DNA from: Eledone cirrhosa
Lineage: Eukaryota
Reading direction: 5' to 3'
Assembly: GCA_964016885.1 (NCBI GenBank)
Contig: OZ024741.1
Span: forward strand, 394,072,001 to 394,136,000
DNA length: 64,000 bases
A program made the position numbers and the translations under genes. Position 1 is the stretch's first letter. The number at the start of each line of letters is the position of its first letter. Below the pieces are notes generated by a model, which was not told where the DNA came from, made no database searches, and was given only the letters and a program-made list of their open reading frames with translations. Below, one piece after another: positions 49,096-59,713 of this stretch.

Positions 49096-50103
49096 CTATA
49101 TATGTATATAGTAGTTAAAACCAATGAACACAGTAAAAGCAAAACAACAACATAATACAGTGAATTTTTTTATTTATTCATCGTGAAATTTATGATACAC
49201 TTTTAATCAACTGAAAATATAATGCAGGAATTTTGATAGTGAAATGACAATATTTGTTGACATATCTACACTTACATATCATTATCATAAGTAGTTTTTT
49301 CGCTAACACTGTCTATTATAGACAGTAAACACTTGTCAGTATATGCAAGAAAGGGACAGCAAAATAAGGAACAGCCGGACTAGCTTTGATCCTATACTGG
49401 GATTTCTAAGGCAGATTGTGTAGAAATGGTTGTTAATAATGATGTCATTAGCACTGTATTCGACATTTGTTTTACTGTTTATGTTATATTGCACTATCAA
49501 TCAGAACCTTATATCCTCAATTAAGTATTTGCAATAAAAATAATTATATAATGTGGAATTTTTAAAGAAGTAATATTTTCGTTTTATGTAGAAATATATG
49601 TTTATGATAACATATCAACAAAGACAGGTTTTTATGTATGATTGTGAAAGCATAATTGAAAATGTTATTTTCTGAACATGACCACTGCTAAGCTATTGTA
49701 ATTGTTTTATTCTCTGTACACCAGAATGACCAGATAACAGTGTACTTTACAGAAAAGCAATGATAAGCTTAAGCTGTTAATGAAGTGCGCTTTTCTGCCT
49801 ATTTTTAATCTGCAAAATGTTCATAACGTTACCGAAATCAATTCCTCTGATAATGCTTGATTTAATACTCAGTCTTGCTAAATTAATAAGTTAGATTGAG
49901 ACATGGTAGACCTTAACATTTCTTTTTTTTTTTTTTTGTGTGTCAGTTTAGTATAAAATATTTCTGCAGACTACAGTAGCTGGAATTACCAACAACAATT
50001 TCAAACAAACATAAACATTTAGAAATATCTCACAAAATTTATAGTCAGTTAATAAATGTAGCAATTCTAAAGGTTTCAGTTCTTCTAAACTTCGCTTTAT
50101 GTA

Positions 50104-50257
50104 CTGACGGTAAAGTCGTTAGAAAGTGAGATAGAATGCATTGCCATATTGGTTTCGCTTCTCTGCACTCTGAGTTAAAATTCTGCCGAGGTCAAGTTTC
50201 CCTTTCATCCTTTCGAGGTTGATAAACAAAAGTACAAACACACTATACGGGTCGAAT
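50104..50257 (+). mobile_element. Older, diverged copy of the same SINE superfamily
   Basis: TCTGAGTTAAAATTCTGCCGAGGTCAAGTTTCCCTTTCATCCTTTCGAGGTTGATAAACAAAAGTAC aligns to the B-box and central block of the other two copies. Confidence 0.7.
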
Positions 50258-50290
50258 CATCCGCTTCATTTCATTATCATCTTTCTACAG

Positions 50291-50551
50291 CTCTTTCTTC
50301 TTCCCTGGAAGAAATCGGCTGTGTTCAGATCTGGAGAAGAATGTGCTCCACCAGATTATGCCCTCAAAAAAACTTATGTCACTACAGCTCCCCTACATAT
50401 TTAGGGGTAAAGCACCTGTTAGAAAACACCCTGGACAAACTAACCATTTGGTATTTGAACCGGCCGTATCCGGCCGGAGTTCTCTCACCTCTTTCAGTTC
50501 AGGCTGGCTGTGGCCGGTTGCTCGTGCTGATGTTGGGGTGGTCTTCTCGGG
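50291..50551 (+). other. Candidate exon of an unidentified gene
   Basis: TTTCTACAG acceptor at 50,290 and G|GTGAGT donor at 50,552. Length is 261 bp (multiple of 3), with two frames open throughout. No recognisable homology. Confidence 0.25.
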
Positions 50552-50840
50552 GTGAGTAATATCAGGGTCTCATGGACTCAATATTGTGTGAGATAATTAT
50601 TAGGATTGAACTTTTACAGTGAAAATATGGTGGTATATGTGGAGTGGTGTAAATGCTGGAAGGTTAAGGAAGATCTTTTAGAAACACCCACACTGTAGGT
50701 CAATTTAGGAATGCCAGTATTACAGACGGGAATACTAAGATAGATATTTTAGAAACAATTACTTCCTCAGTCAACTCTAAGGTCACTCAATCATTTAAGG
50801 CAATCCCACGTACAGCTTACCTTTACCATTATTAACAGTG

Positions 50841-51027
50841 GATTGGCAGTATTGGTAGAGGGTCGGACGCCATGCTTTGTTGCATAGAATTACGACCCTT
50901 GCCATTCTGAGTTCAAATCCCGCCGAGGTTAACTTTGCCTTTCATCCTTACGGGGTCGATAAAATAAAGTACCAGTAATACACTAGTTAATTGCTGGCCT
51001 TGTGCCTAACGTAGAAACAATTATTAA
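50841..51027 (+). mobile_element. Near full-length tRNA-like SINE with a probable 13-bp target-site duplication
   Basis: A-box-like TGGCAGTATTGGTAG, B-box GAGTTCAAATC and the conserved central block. ATTATTAACAGTG occurs at both 50,828-50,840 and 51,020-51,032. Confidence 0.85.
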
Positions 51028-51146
51028 CAGTGACTCTATCATCACTACAGCTGCTTGCCGCCTCCTTCTGCTTCACCTAACCCGTCTTCCCCTTCCTTAC
51101 CATAGCCTTGGTATTAATACCACACCTATCCCCTGCCCTTCCCTAT

Positions 51147-51222
51147 TCTTCTTCGTCACCTCCTCCTCCTCCTCCTCCTCCTCCTCCTTCTTCTTCTTCT
51201 TCTTCTTTTTCTTCTTCTTCTT

Positions 51223-51253
<31 letters not shown>

Positions 51254-51530
51254 TTATTATTATTATTCTTCTTCTTCTTCTCCACTCTCCCCCTCTTCTT
51301 CTTCTTCTTCTTCTTCTTCTTCTTCTTCTCCACATTCCCCCTCTTCTTCTTCTTCTTCTTCTTCTTCTTCTTCTCCACTCTCACCTCTTCTTCTTCTTCT
51401 TCTTCTTCTTCTTCTTCTTCTTCTTCTTCTTCTTCTTCTTCTTCTCCACTCTCACCTCTTCTTCTTCTTCTTCTTCTTCTTCTTCTTCTTCTTCTTCTTC
51501 TTCTTCTTCTTCTTCTCCTCCTCCCACCCA
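51147..51530. repeat. (TTC)n/(TCC)n polypyrimidine tract with recurring TCCACTCTC[A/C]CCTC spacers
   Basis: Direct reading; source of the poly-F/S/L/K/E/R ORFs. Confidence 0.97.
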
Positions 51531-52489
51531 TTCTTCCCCCACTAGTACCACTACAGTCGAAGCCAACAATTTAAACTGCTACCACCACTGTTGGTCAACA
51601 CTAACAAAGAACGAAACAAAACTATGGACAAAAATATGAACTTTTCGCTCTAAATATGTATGTAAAAACTAAAAAAGAATTTTCCCCATTTTATTTTATT
51701 CGTATAGATATGCAATTTATCTGCCTTACACTTCCGTCGAAAAAGCATATAAAGCTGAAACCGATACAGTTAAATGCAGAAATCCCTACTTTGTAAATAA
51801 ATGTTTTGATGTTAGATTGAAAAAAATCCCTCTAGCCTTTTCTACTGTATTTTTTCCTTTTAACTATTTCTTTATATATAACAACTTGTGTCTCACTTCT
51901 CTACATTCTATATATATATATATATAATAGAATAATCGAGTATCGGAAAATCAGCCCACGAATTAACGATAAACAACATCCGATATGAGTGGCAGAGGGC
52001 TCAATAATTTGGATAAATCAGAGCTATAACTATCGTTAAATTACCAACACATAGAGATAATGCCTAAAATCACCCGTACAGCCGAAAAAGAACGACCAGG
52101 AAGATTCGGGTCACTCAAATAAAATATCAATAAATCAATAATTTAAATGAATGTAAAAAACTTACCCGGACCCGCTGTAAGGGTGTTAAATCTAGCTTCT
52201 TGGGTTTCTGCAATTCCTTAATCCGTTCACTATCAGCCCACATAAAAATATATAAGACTTCTAGAGAAGGGGTGGACCGGAAGAGCTTTATCAACGGGTT
52301 CCGTCCGATAATAAAGAAGTGACCTTTAGCCAGACACGCACATGGTGCCCAGCAAGGGAGATAACCTCTCTCTATATATATATTGAGTATATGTTGGTTG
52401 TTTATTTTATATATATATATATATAAATATATATATATATATGATGGCTGCCCCCTCGTTATCGAGTATGGCCATTGAACGAGGAGAAA

Positions 52490-52602
52490 AAAAAAATAAT
52501 AATAATAAATAAATAAAAAATAAAATAAAATTAAAAAAAGAAATATATATATATATATACACACACATACATACACACACACATATATACATACACACAT
52601 AT

Positions 52603-52696
<94 letters not shown>

Positions 52697-52800
52697 CAAT
52701 AATAATAACGACAACAACAACAATAATAATATACATCTACATATATATATATACACACACACGCACACACATAAACATATATATACACACACACACACGA
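52490..52800. repeat. Compound (AAT)n/(TA)n/(CA)n microsatellite, apparently inside the RTE 3' UTR
   Basis: Direct reading; (AAT)n at ~52,606-52,692. Confidence 0.93.
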
Positions 52801-52806
52801 TAGCAA

Positions 52807-55800
52807 CTAACAACGCTGCGATCGAATGTGGCTTTTTAGCCCAGCCAATGATCTAAAATGTCTTGCACAGAGTCGGCAACCAAAACATTCACTGGGAATA
52901 GCCGGCTGTGGTTGGAGTTCATGTACTTTTGCTTGTCGTTTGAGCCCTCCTGCTGATTTACATTCTCTACCACATGTTTGGCAAGCATGATGAGTAGCAT
53001 CTCCAACAGCAGCCTGGTAGTTAACCACTGGTCTTACTTTATGACTGCGAAGATGACTTTCGAGTCCAGCTTTGCTTAGGCAGAGTCTCGCACAGAAGCT
53101 GCATGTCAGCACCATAGGAGGACCCTCGCCGTCTGGAAGTGCAACAGCAATGCCCTTCCTCACATCCCGCTTTACTCTCTCGTATGCGATTCGAGATGCC
53201 TCAAAGGCAACTTTTCCCTCATATACTGTCTTTCTCCATTTATTACGATCAGCAGCAATATTTTCCCATGTATCAGCAGAGATGTTAGCGTCTTTCAAAG
53301 AGGCTTTCAAGGAATCATTATACCTCTTTTTTGGTTTATGTGGCGGTCGTTTTCCTTTAACCAACTCTCAATAAAAGATGTGTTTTGGTATTCTAGAATC
53401 CTTCATCCTGGCAAGGTGACCACTGCAACGGAGTCGTTACTTAAGCACAAGAGCTTCTATACTGTCACACAGAGCTTTCCAAAATCTCGACATCACTGAT
53501 GTGGTCCCTCCAGTGAACGCCATGGATCCGTCTGAGACGCATCTGATGGAAACGCTCCAATTGCTTAAGGTGGTGTCGATATGTGACCCAGGTCTCGCAG
53601 GCATAAAGAAGACAAGAGAACACACATGCCTTGTACACCTTTACCTTTGTCCTCCTGCATATGTCTCGCCGACCCCAGAGTCGCCTTTCTAGCTTTCCGA
53701 AAGCATCACATGCTTTCCTAATCCTGAGTGAGATTTCACTGTCAAGGTTGCTGTATCGATCGACAGAGCTTCCCAGGTAGACAAACTGATCAGCCACTCC
53801 AAGTCGTATACCATACACATAGATATTTGGTTCAGTGTACTGTTTACCAGGGGCAGGTTGGTACATGACGACGGTTTTCTTGAGACTGACAGTCAATCCT
53901 AGGGCAGTGCAAGCGTCAGAAAATGCATTCAAAATGTGCTGCATATCACTCTCTGTGTGCGTTACAAGATCGCAATCATCTGCATACAAGAGATCTCTTA
54001 TGATTGATGTAAATACTTTTGTCTTTGCAGCAAAGCGCCTGATGTTAAATATGCTGCCTGAGGTTCGATATCGGATGTAAACACCATGCTTGAAATTCCT
54101 GAATGCAATACAGAAAACCATTGCAAAGTATATGGCAAACGGGGTCGGTGCTGGAATATCCCCCTGTTTCACTCCATTTTTATTGAGATAGGCTCCGACA
54201 TGTTACCTCCGACATTAACCCAAGCCTTCATATCGTCATGGAAAGACCTAACTAAAGCAAGGAACTTATCAGGGCAACCAAGTTTCTGGAGAACCTTCCA
54301 TAATACATCTCTACGACAGAAAGCAATGATATACCTCTGTAGTTCCCACAATCATTCCTGTTACCCTTTCCCTTGTACAAGACCACCATTACTGCATCTC
54401 TCCAGTCCTCAGGTACGGATTCATTAGCCCATATCCCGCCAAACAAAGAGTGAAGATGTTGCAGGAGTCTCTCACCACCGTATTGTAGGAGCTCAGCATG
54501 TATGCCATCCATACCTGGATACCTTCCACTGTTCAGCTTCGAGATAGCCACTGCAACCTCCACAAGCGTCGGAGGTTCTGCGAGAGCTACTTTCACAGGA
54601 CTTTCTAGAATGAGATTGAGGAAATCTTCACTGACGACAGACGGCTGATTCAAAAGATCATCAAAGTGCTCTCGCCACCTTCGTAGAATTCCTTGTGAGT
54701 CACGAAGAAGTTCTTTGCCATCCTTGCTGCGAAGCGGTGTCACCAGAGAAGAAGACGGTCCATAAACCTCACGCAAGAGACTGTACAACAGCTTTGTGTT
54801 ATTGTAATCTGACGCAGTTTGTATCTCACCAGCCTTCTCACTCCACCACTGATCCTTCATCTGAGAAAGACTCCGCCTAACACGTGATTTTACATCCTTG
54901 AGTTCCTCATGCAACGTATTCCTCTCCTGTGGTTTTGCCGTCAAATAGCGTGACAGAGCACGCCTCTTATTAGCCAACAAGTCTTCTACATGTACATCAT
55001 TCTCATTAAACCAGTCCTGATGTTTTCTCTGCACCAATCCCAGAACACGCCTGCCTACATCATAAACCGACTTTTTAAGGGTCGGCCAATCCTCACCAAG
55101 ATCTGCAGCCTGCATCTCTTCTTCCAATATCCTCTTCACATTTTTATCCCTAAGACGAGCAGCATTCAATCTTTTGAGCAGGGCAACACCAGGAGCCCGG
55201 ATTTTACGTTTAGTGATTAGTTTCACTTTTGCGCGTACCAGGCGGTGGTCTGTCCAGCACTCAGCTCCACGAAAAGCACGAACACACTGCACATCCTGTC
55301 TGTCACGCATCCTGACTAGGACGTAGTCCAAAAGATGCCATTCCTTAGATGCATGATGCATCCTTGTGGTCTTGAATCTGTTCTTTTGTTGGAACATGGT
55401 GTTGGTAACACACAGATCCAGCTCCTCACACATCTGCAGCAGGAGCATACCATTGTCGTTACACTTTCCCACCCCATGCCTTCCGATTACATTCCATGTG
55501 TTAAAATTCCTACCCACTCTAGCATTAAAGTCACCAAGCACGATGACTTTGTCTGCCTGGGGGATATTTCTTAAAACACCTTTCAAGGCATGGTAAAAGG
55601 AACTTTTTCTTCATCGACAGATTTCATAGTTGGAGCATACACACTCACCAGGGTCGCATATCTTCCTTTGCCCAGCGGAATTCTCATGGACATAAGACGC
55701 TCACTAATCCCTACTGGGAATTCTTCTAATTTATTCACAAGAACAGTCTTAACAGCAAATCCTACCCGAGCCTCTCTTCTGGTTCCTTCATCTCTTCCTT

Positions 55801-55990
55801 TCCAGAAGAATGTATATTCTCCACAAAATTCTGTAAGATGAGCATCTCCAGCTAACCTCGTCTCAGATAAAGCCACGATATCAAGATCGTAACGTCGAAG
55901 CTCCTTTGCAACAAGAGCGGTCCTTCGTTCAGGACACTCCAAGGAATCCCTGTCAAGCAGCGTCCGTACGTTCCAACAGCCAAGACTAAA
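52807..55990 (-). pseudogene. RTE ORF (APE endonuclease, RT, three C-terminal C2H2-type fingers), frameshifted and internally deleted
   Basis: ORF pieces 55,583-56,137, 54,252-55,586, 54,169-54,351, 53,465-54,172 and 52,807-53,364. The segment between SLLSV and RDVLWKVL (QxGFR to KAFD) is missing. Confidence 0.9.
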
Positions 55991-56162
55991 TGCCTTGTTT
56001 GGCTCTATGACAATGGCACGATGACGAGCGGGCACAGGCTGTGATAACCTGGGGCCCCTGCCCTTATTGCCAATGATCTTTTTTGTTCCAGAACCTAAAT
56101 TGCCAATTATCTCTTTTATATTGTTCTGGAACTTCATTGAATTTGAAAAAAAAAAAAAAAAG

Positions 56163-56178
56163 TAATAATAATAGTAAC

Positions 56179-56223
<45 letters not shown>
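56163..56223. repeat. (AAT)n tract abutting the 3' end of Tx1 copy 1
   Basis: Direct reading; preceded by an A-run at ~56,146-56,161. Confidence 0.97.
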
Positions 56224-56224
<1 letters not shown>

Positions 56225-56465
56225 TTTTCTTTATTAACCACAAGGGTTTACATAAAGTAGACATTAAGGACAGTACAGGACAATACAGGACGGTACAAAT
56301 GGGCATTTCTGCGTGTAAAAAACAGAGGATGTAATAAAATAACAAAGAAAAATTCCCCAATAGGGGGGAGACTTCCGAGGGACATTTGTGGAGAAAGCCC
56401 ATTAAAAGACCACAGTGACCCTGACCACCAGGGCAAGTGCCCTCTCCCAGTTTTCCACCTTTAAT

Positions 56466-59400
56466 TTACAGACACATACTCAGAGAAGGCCCATTCATTC
56501 GGGCCATACTTGCTTCTCTCACCCATCTTTCAACAAAATGCTGGGAAGAGAGCACTTCCCTCTCTACCCTGATTTTCCTTTTCAAATGAAATTTGAAAAA
56601 GTTAATCAGGGCATCACCGAAGAGGTAAGTACTCGTCTTCAGCCCTTTCAAACGTGTCCACCATACTATCTCTTTCGCCATGGCCACCAGACAGATAAAA
56701 ACTGCCTGCCCTTCCCGGCTAAAGGAAGAGGGCGGGGCAATCCTCACGATGGACTCAGCTGATAGCTGGATCCGTCCTACACGTGACAGCAGGTGTTCGA
56801 CATAAACCCACAAGTCAGCAATGCTCGGACACTGGACGAGTGCGTACAGGACGGTTTCGTCGCCCTGTGCGCATCTCGGACATGCCCGGCTGACGGCACC
56901 TCCATGCCTGTAGAGTTTATCCCGAACTGGCAAAGCACCCCGGTAGCACTGCCAGGCCAGGGATTTCTGGAAGTTGTCCATAGGCCCCGGCCCGAAAGTC
57001 CTTCCGAAGAGATTGGCTAGTTGATTTTCGTCGACGCCTAGAGTTTCTCCAAGTACGTCGTCGCTCTTCCCCTCCACTAATCCCCTATAGAACGCCAAGG
57101 TGGAGTTTCCACCGATCACATTGCCCGATTGGTCGAGGGCTGTGAGCGCCTGAAGACATTCCAGTCTCCAAGCGCTCCCTCTCGGTCTTCGCTTGACCCA
57201 GGACTGCAGCTCCGTCAAGGAGACGAGCTGGGGAAAAACGTGTCTAGCAAACGGCGACCACACCTGATCACCGTCGAGGAAGAGGTGGAGATGTCGTAGC
57301 CTGAGCGCGTGTCTGCGCATCATCAGCCACGGCATGCCCAGCCCTCCACGTAGCGGGTGTTGACAGCAGATGGACCGCCTGACCATCGGAGCGCGTCCCT
57401 TCCACAAGAAGCGAAAGAGAAAACGCTCCAGCGCAGTCAGGCGGGGCTTAGGACAAGGTACGACGGTCAGGCTGTAGTAGATGACGGACGCGATGTACAT
57501 GTTAGCCACCTCCGCTCGACCTTTCAGGGATAGCTTCCTCTCGGCCCATTTCTGGGTGAGAGAAGCCACCCTGCTCGTCACCTCGTCCAGGTTTTGTCCG
57601 TCTGGAGGTCTGGACCGAACCAGACCCCTAGCAATTTAACCGGACCGTCCGCGTTTGCGCGGGACCCCCCCTCAACGTCTCTAGTTTGTGCAGTAATGGC
57701 TCGAGAGTCAATACGTACAATAGGGACGAGAGGGGACATCCTTGGCGGACCGAGCGCATGATGTTGAGCGGTTCCGAAAGGTGACCGTTCACTCTCACTA
57801 CAGAGCAGATGTCGCTGTGCATGGCAGCGATCCAGCCTCTGAAGACGGGCCCAAAGCCAGCCGCCCTCAGGACTGCCGCTAGGTAACGATGGTCGACCCT
57901 ATCGAAGGCTTTCGGCTGATCTAAATTGATCAAAGATCCACCCGTGCCAGGTTCCCTAGCTACCCTCTCTACGATGTATCGCATGAGGTGGAGGTTGTTG
58001 TGGATGGATCTGTCGGGAATGGCGCATGTCTGTGCCTCTCCCACCAGACCACCAACGACAAGCGCCAACCTCTTTGCTAGCACCTTGGCCAAAATCTTGA
58101 ACTCTGTGTTTAGCAGAGTTATGGGCCTAAGATTATCTATGTTATCCCCCTTGTTCGGATCCTTTCTCAGCAGCGCCACCGCTCCTCGGCTCACAGAGCT
58201 GGGAATTCTCCCGTTCTGTTGCCAGTTGCAGTAGACGTCCGCCAAGAGCCCTCCGAACAAGTCTGGCATTTGTACATAAAGTTCATAGGGCAGAACATCT
58301 AAACCAGGCGATTTACCCCTTGTGAAGCCAGTCATTGCCTCCTGTACTTCAGCGGTTGTTATCGGCTTTTCGCAACACTCTGCCTCAGTGGCCGAAAGCC
58401 GCGGCAGTCCGTCGAGATAGACACTAAAGTCCATCCCTCGATCCGGCCCGCCACTGCCCCCGAACAGTTGAGCGAAGTGTCGCTGAAAAGCTTCACACAT
58501 TTGCCCGGGATCGAGTAGTATGCGCCCGTCGTGGTCCACCAAAGACCGGATCGTGGCTTTATTGCCACGACGCGCCTCCGCCACTCGGGCCCATTGAACG
58601 GCTTTCGTCCCCTCGTGTCTGAGAGCACGCACCCTAGCTCTGACAACGCAGCCTTCGTGATTTGCATTGAAGAATTGGTCAAGGGCCAATTTCGCCGCAA
58701 GTACGTCGGTCACGATGCCTTTGCTAAGCGCCTCGTCTAATTTTCTAACTAATTCTCCCTCTGCTCTATTTTTCTCTATTGCTAAAGCCTTACTAAACCT
58801 AATGGACTCTATTCTAATTGCTCTTTTCAGAACAAACCACCACTTGTTGTTGACGATGGGCCCCGTCAACGCCCGCTTAACTAGTTCGCTAATCCGGTCT
58901 CTGTAGGCCTTGCGCGCTGGTAAGGACGCGTTTAGCTTCCAGTAGCCGGGTCCTCGTCTATGAAGCCTATCTAAGTCAAGCACACAGATCACGAATTTGT
59001 GGTCCGTGTAGCTGACTATCTTAAATTGTGGACAGCCAATGCTAGACCTATCTATTTCCCTACAAAATACTCTATCTAGATATGATCTGGATGACCCTAT
59101 GCGATTTGTCCAAGTCCACATTGGTACATTCGGGAAATCCATTCGGTACCTGTCAGACAGTTCAAAACGCCTGAGCAGGTTGGTGAGACTCTTGCACCCT
59201 CCTTCCCTATCCACTAATCCCACACAATCCCAGCGTGCATCTAAGATCCCGTTCCAGTCGCCCACTAACACTAAAGAGCGGGACGTTCCAAGAAAGGTCT
59301 CCAGACGCCGGAAGAAATCAGGCCGCCCTGCTCCTGTCGGGGCATAGAGGGCCACTAACCTGAAAGCTTGCCCTTCTCCGCTGGTCACGTCCAGCACCAC

Positions 59401-59679
59401 CAACTTACCTTCTGGGTCCAGGAAGATGGCCCGTATGGCAAGATCCAAACCTCTCCGAAAAAGCACAGCAACTTCTCCCCCCAATCCCGGACTGCTGCGA
59501 GATGCGTACACATCGTAGCCGCCGAAGATCGGTGCGAAGGCCCGTGCTTCGGAGATTCTGGTCTCGCTGATGGCCACTACATCTATGTTTAGTGACCTGA
59601 GGTCGTTGAGCAGGTGGCCCTGCTTCCATGACGACCCCAAGCCACGCGCATTTATGCTGCCTATTCTGAGTGAGGTCAT
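56466..59679 (-). pseudogene. Tx1 ORF2 (APE endonuclease, RT, zf-RVT) with an internal deletion removing the YADD motif
   Basis: APE motifs SINARG, ISETR, LYAP, GDWN, YLDR and TDH; RT motifs KSPGLD, RPITLLN, KAFDRV and RQGCPLS. After LEPLLHKLETLRG the sequence jumps (~57,652) to GPVKLLGV. C-terminal CPRC...ETVLYALVQC. Confidence 0.9.
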
Positions 59680-59713
59680 GTTGAAAAGGAGTGGAAAAGA
59701 TGGGAAAGACCAC

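Larger units (their letters stand above)
52441..56065 (-). mobile_element. RTE-clade (BovB-like) non-LTR retrotransposon, degenerate
   Basis: Single APE-RT ORF broken into pieces. APE motifs CWNVRTL, VALSETR, YAP, LGDFN, LLDY and WTDH; RT motifs YRGISLL, KQG, LLYADD and FVYLGS. The putative 3' end has a CTCG-ATAA-CGAG stem-loop at ~52,455-52,466. The 5' boundary is approximate. Confidence 0.9.

Noticed and set aside
50845-50925. tRNA gene
   Set aside because: A/B-box-like motifs are present but there is no cloverleaf, and it continues into a repeated SINE body.
51002-52813. Poly-F/S/L/K/E/I/Y ORFs
   Set aside because: These are translations of (TTC)n and (AAT)n tracts.
52807-53364. Host C2H2 zinc-finger gene
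   Set aside because: It is collinear with the RTE RT and thumb region (PKHIFY*EL..GKR, W...A.DR..WR), so it is the TE C-terminus.
56066-56132. Target-site duplication for the RTE or Tx1
   Set aside because: It is only an imperfect local ~33-bp tandem duplication (TTGCCAAT.ATCT...TTGTTC..GAAC) with no counterpart at the other end of either element.
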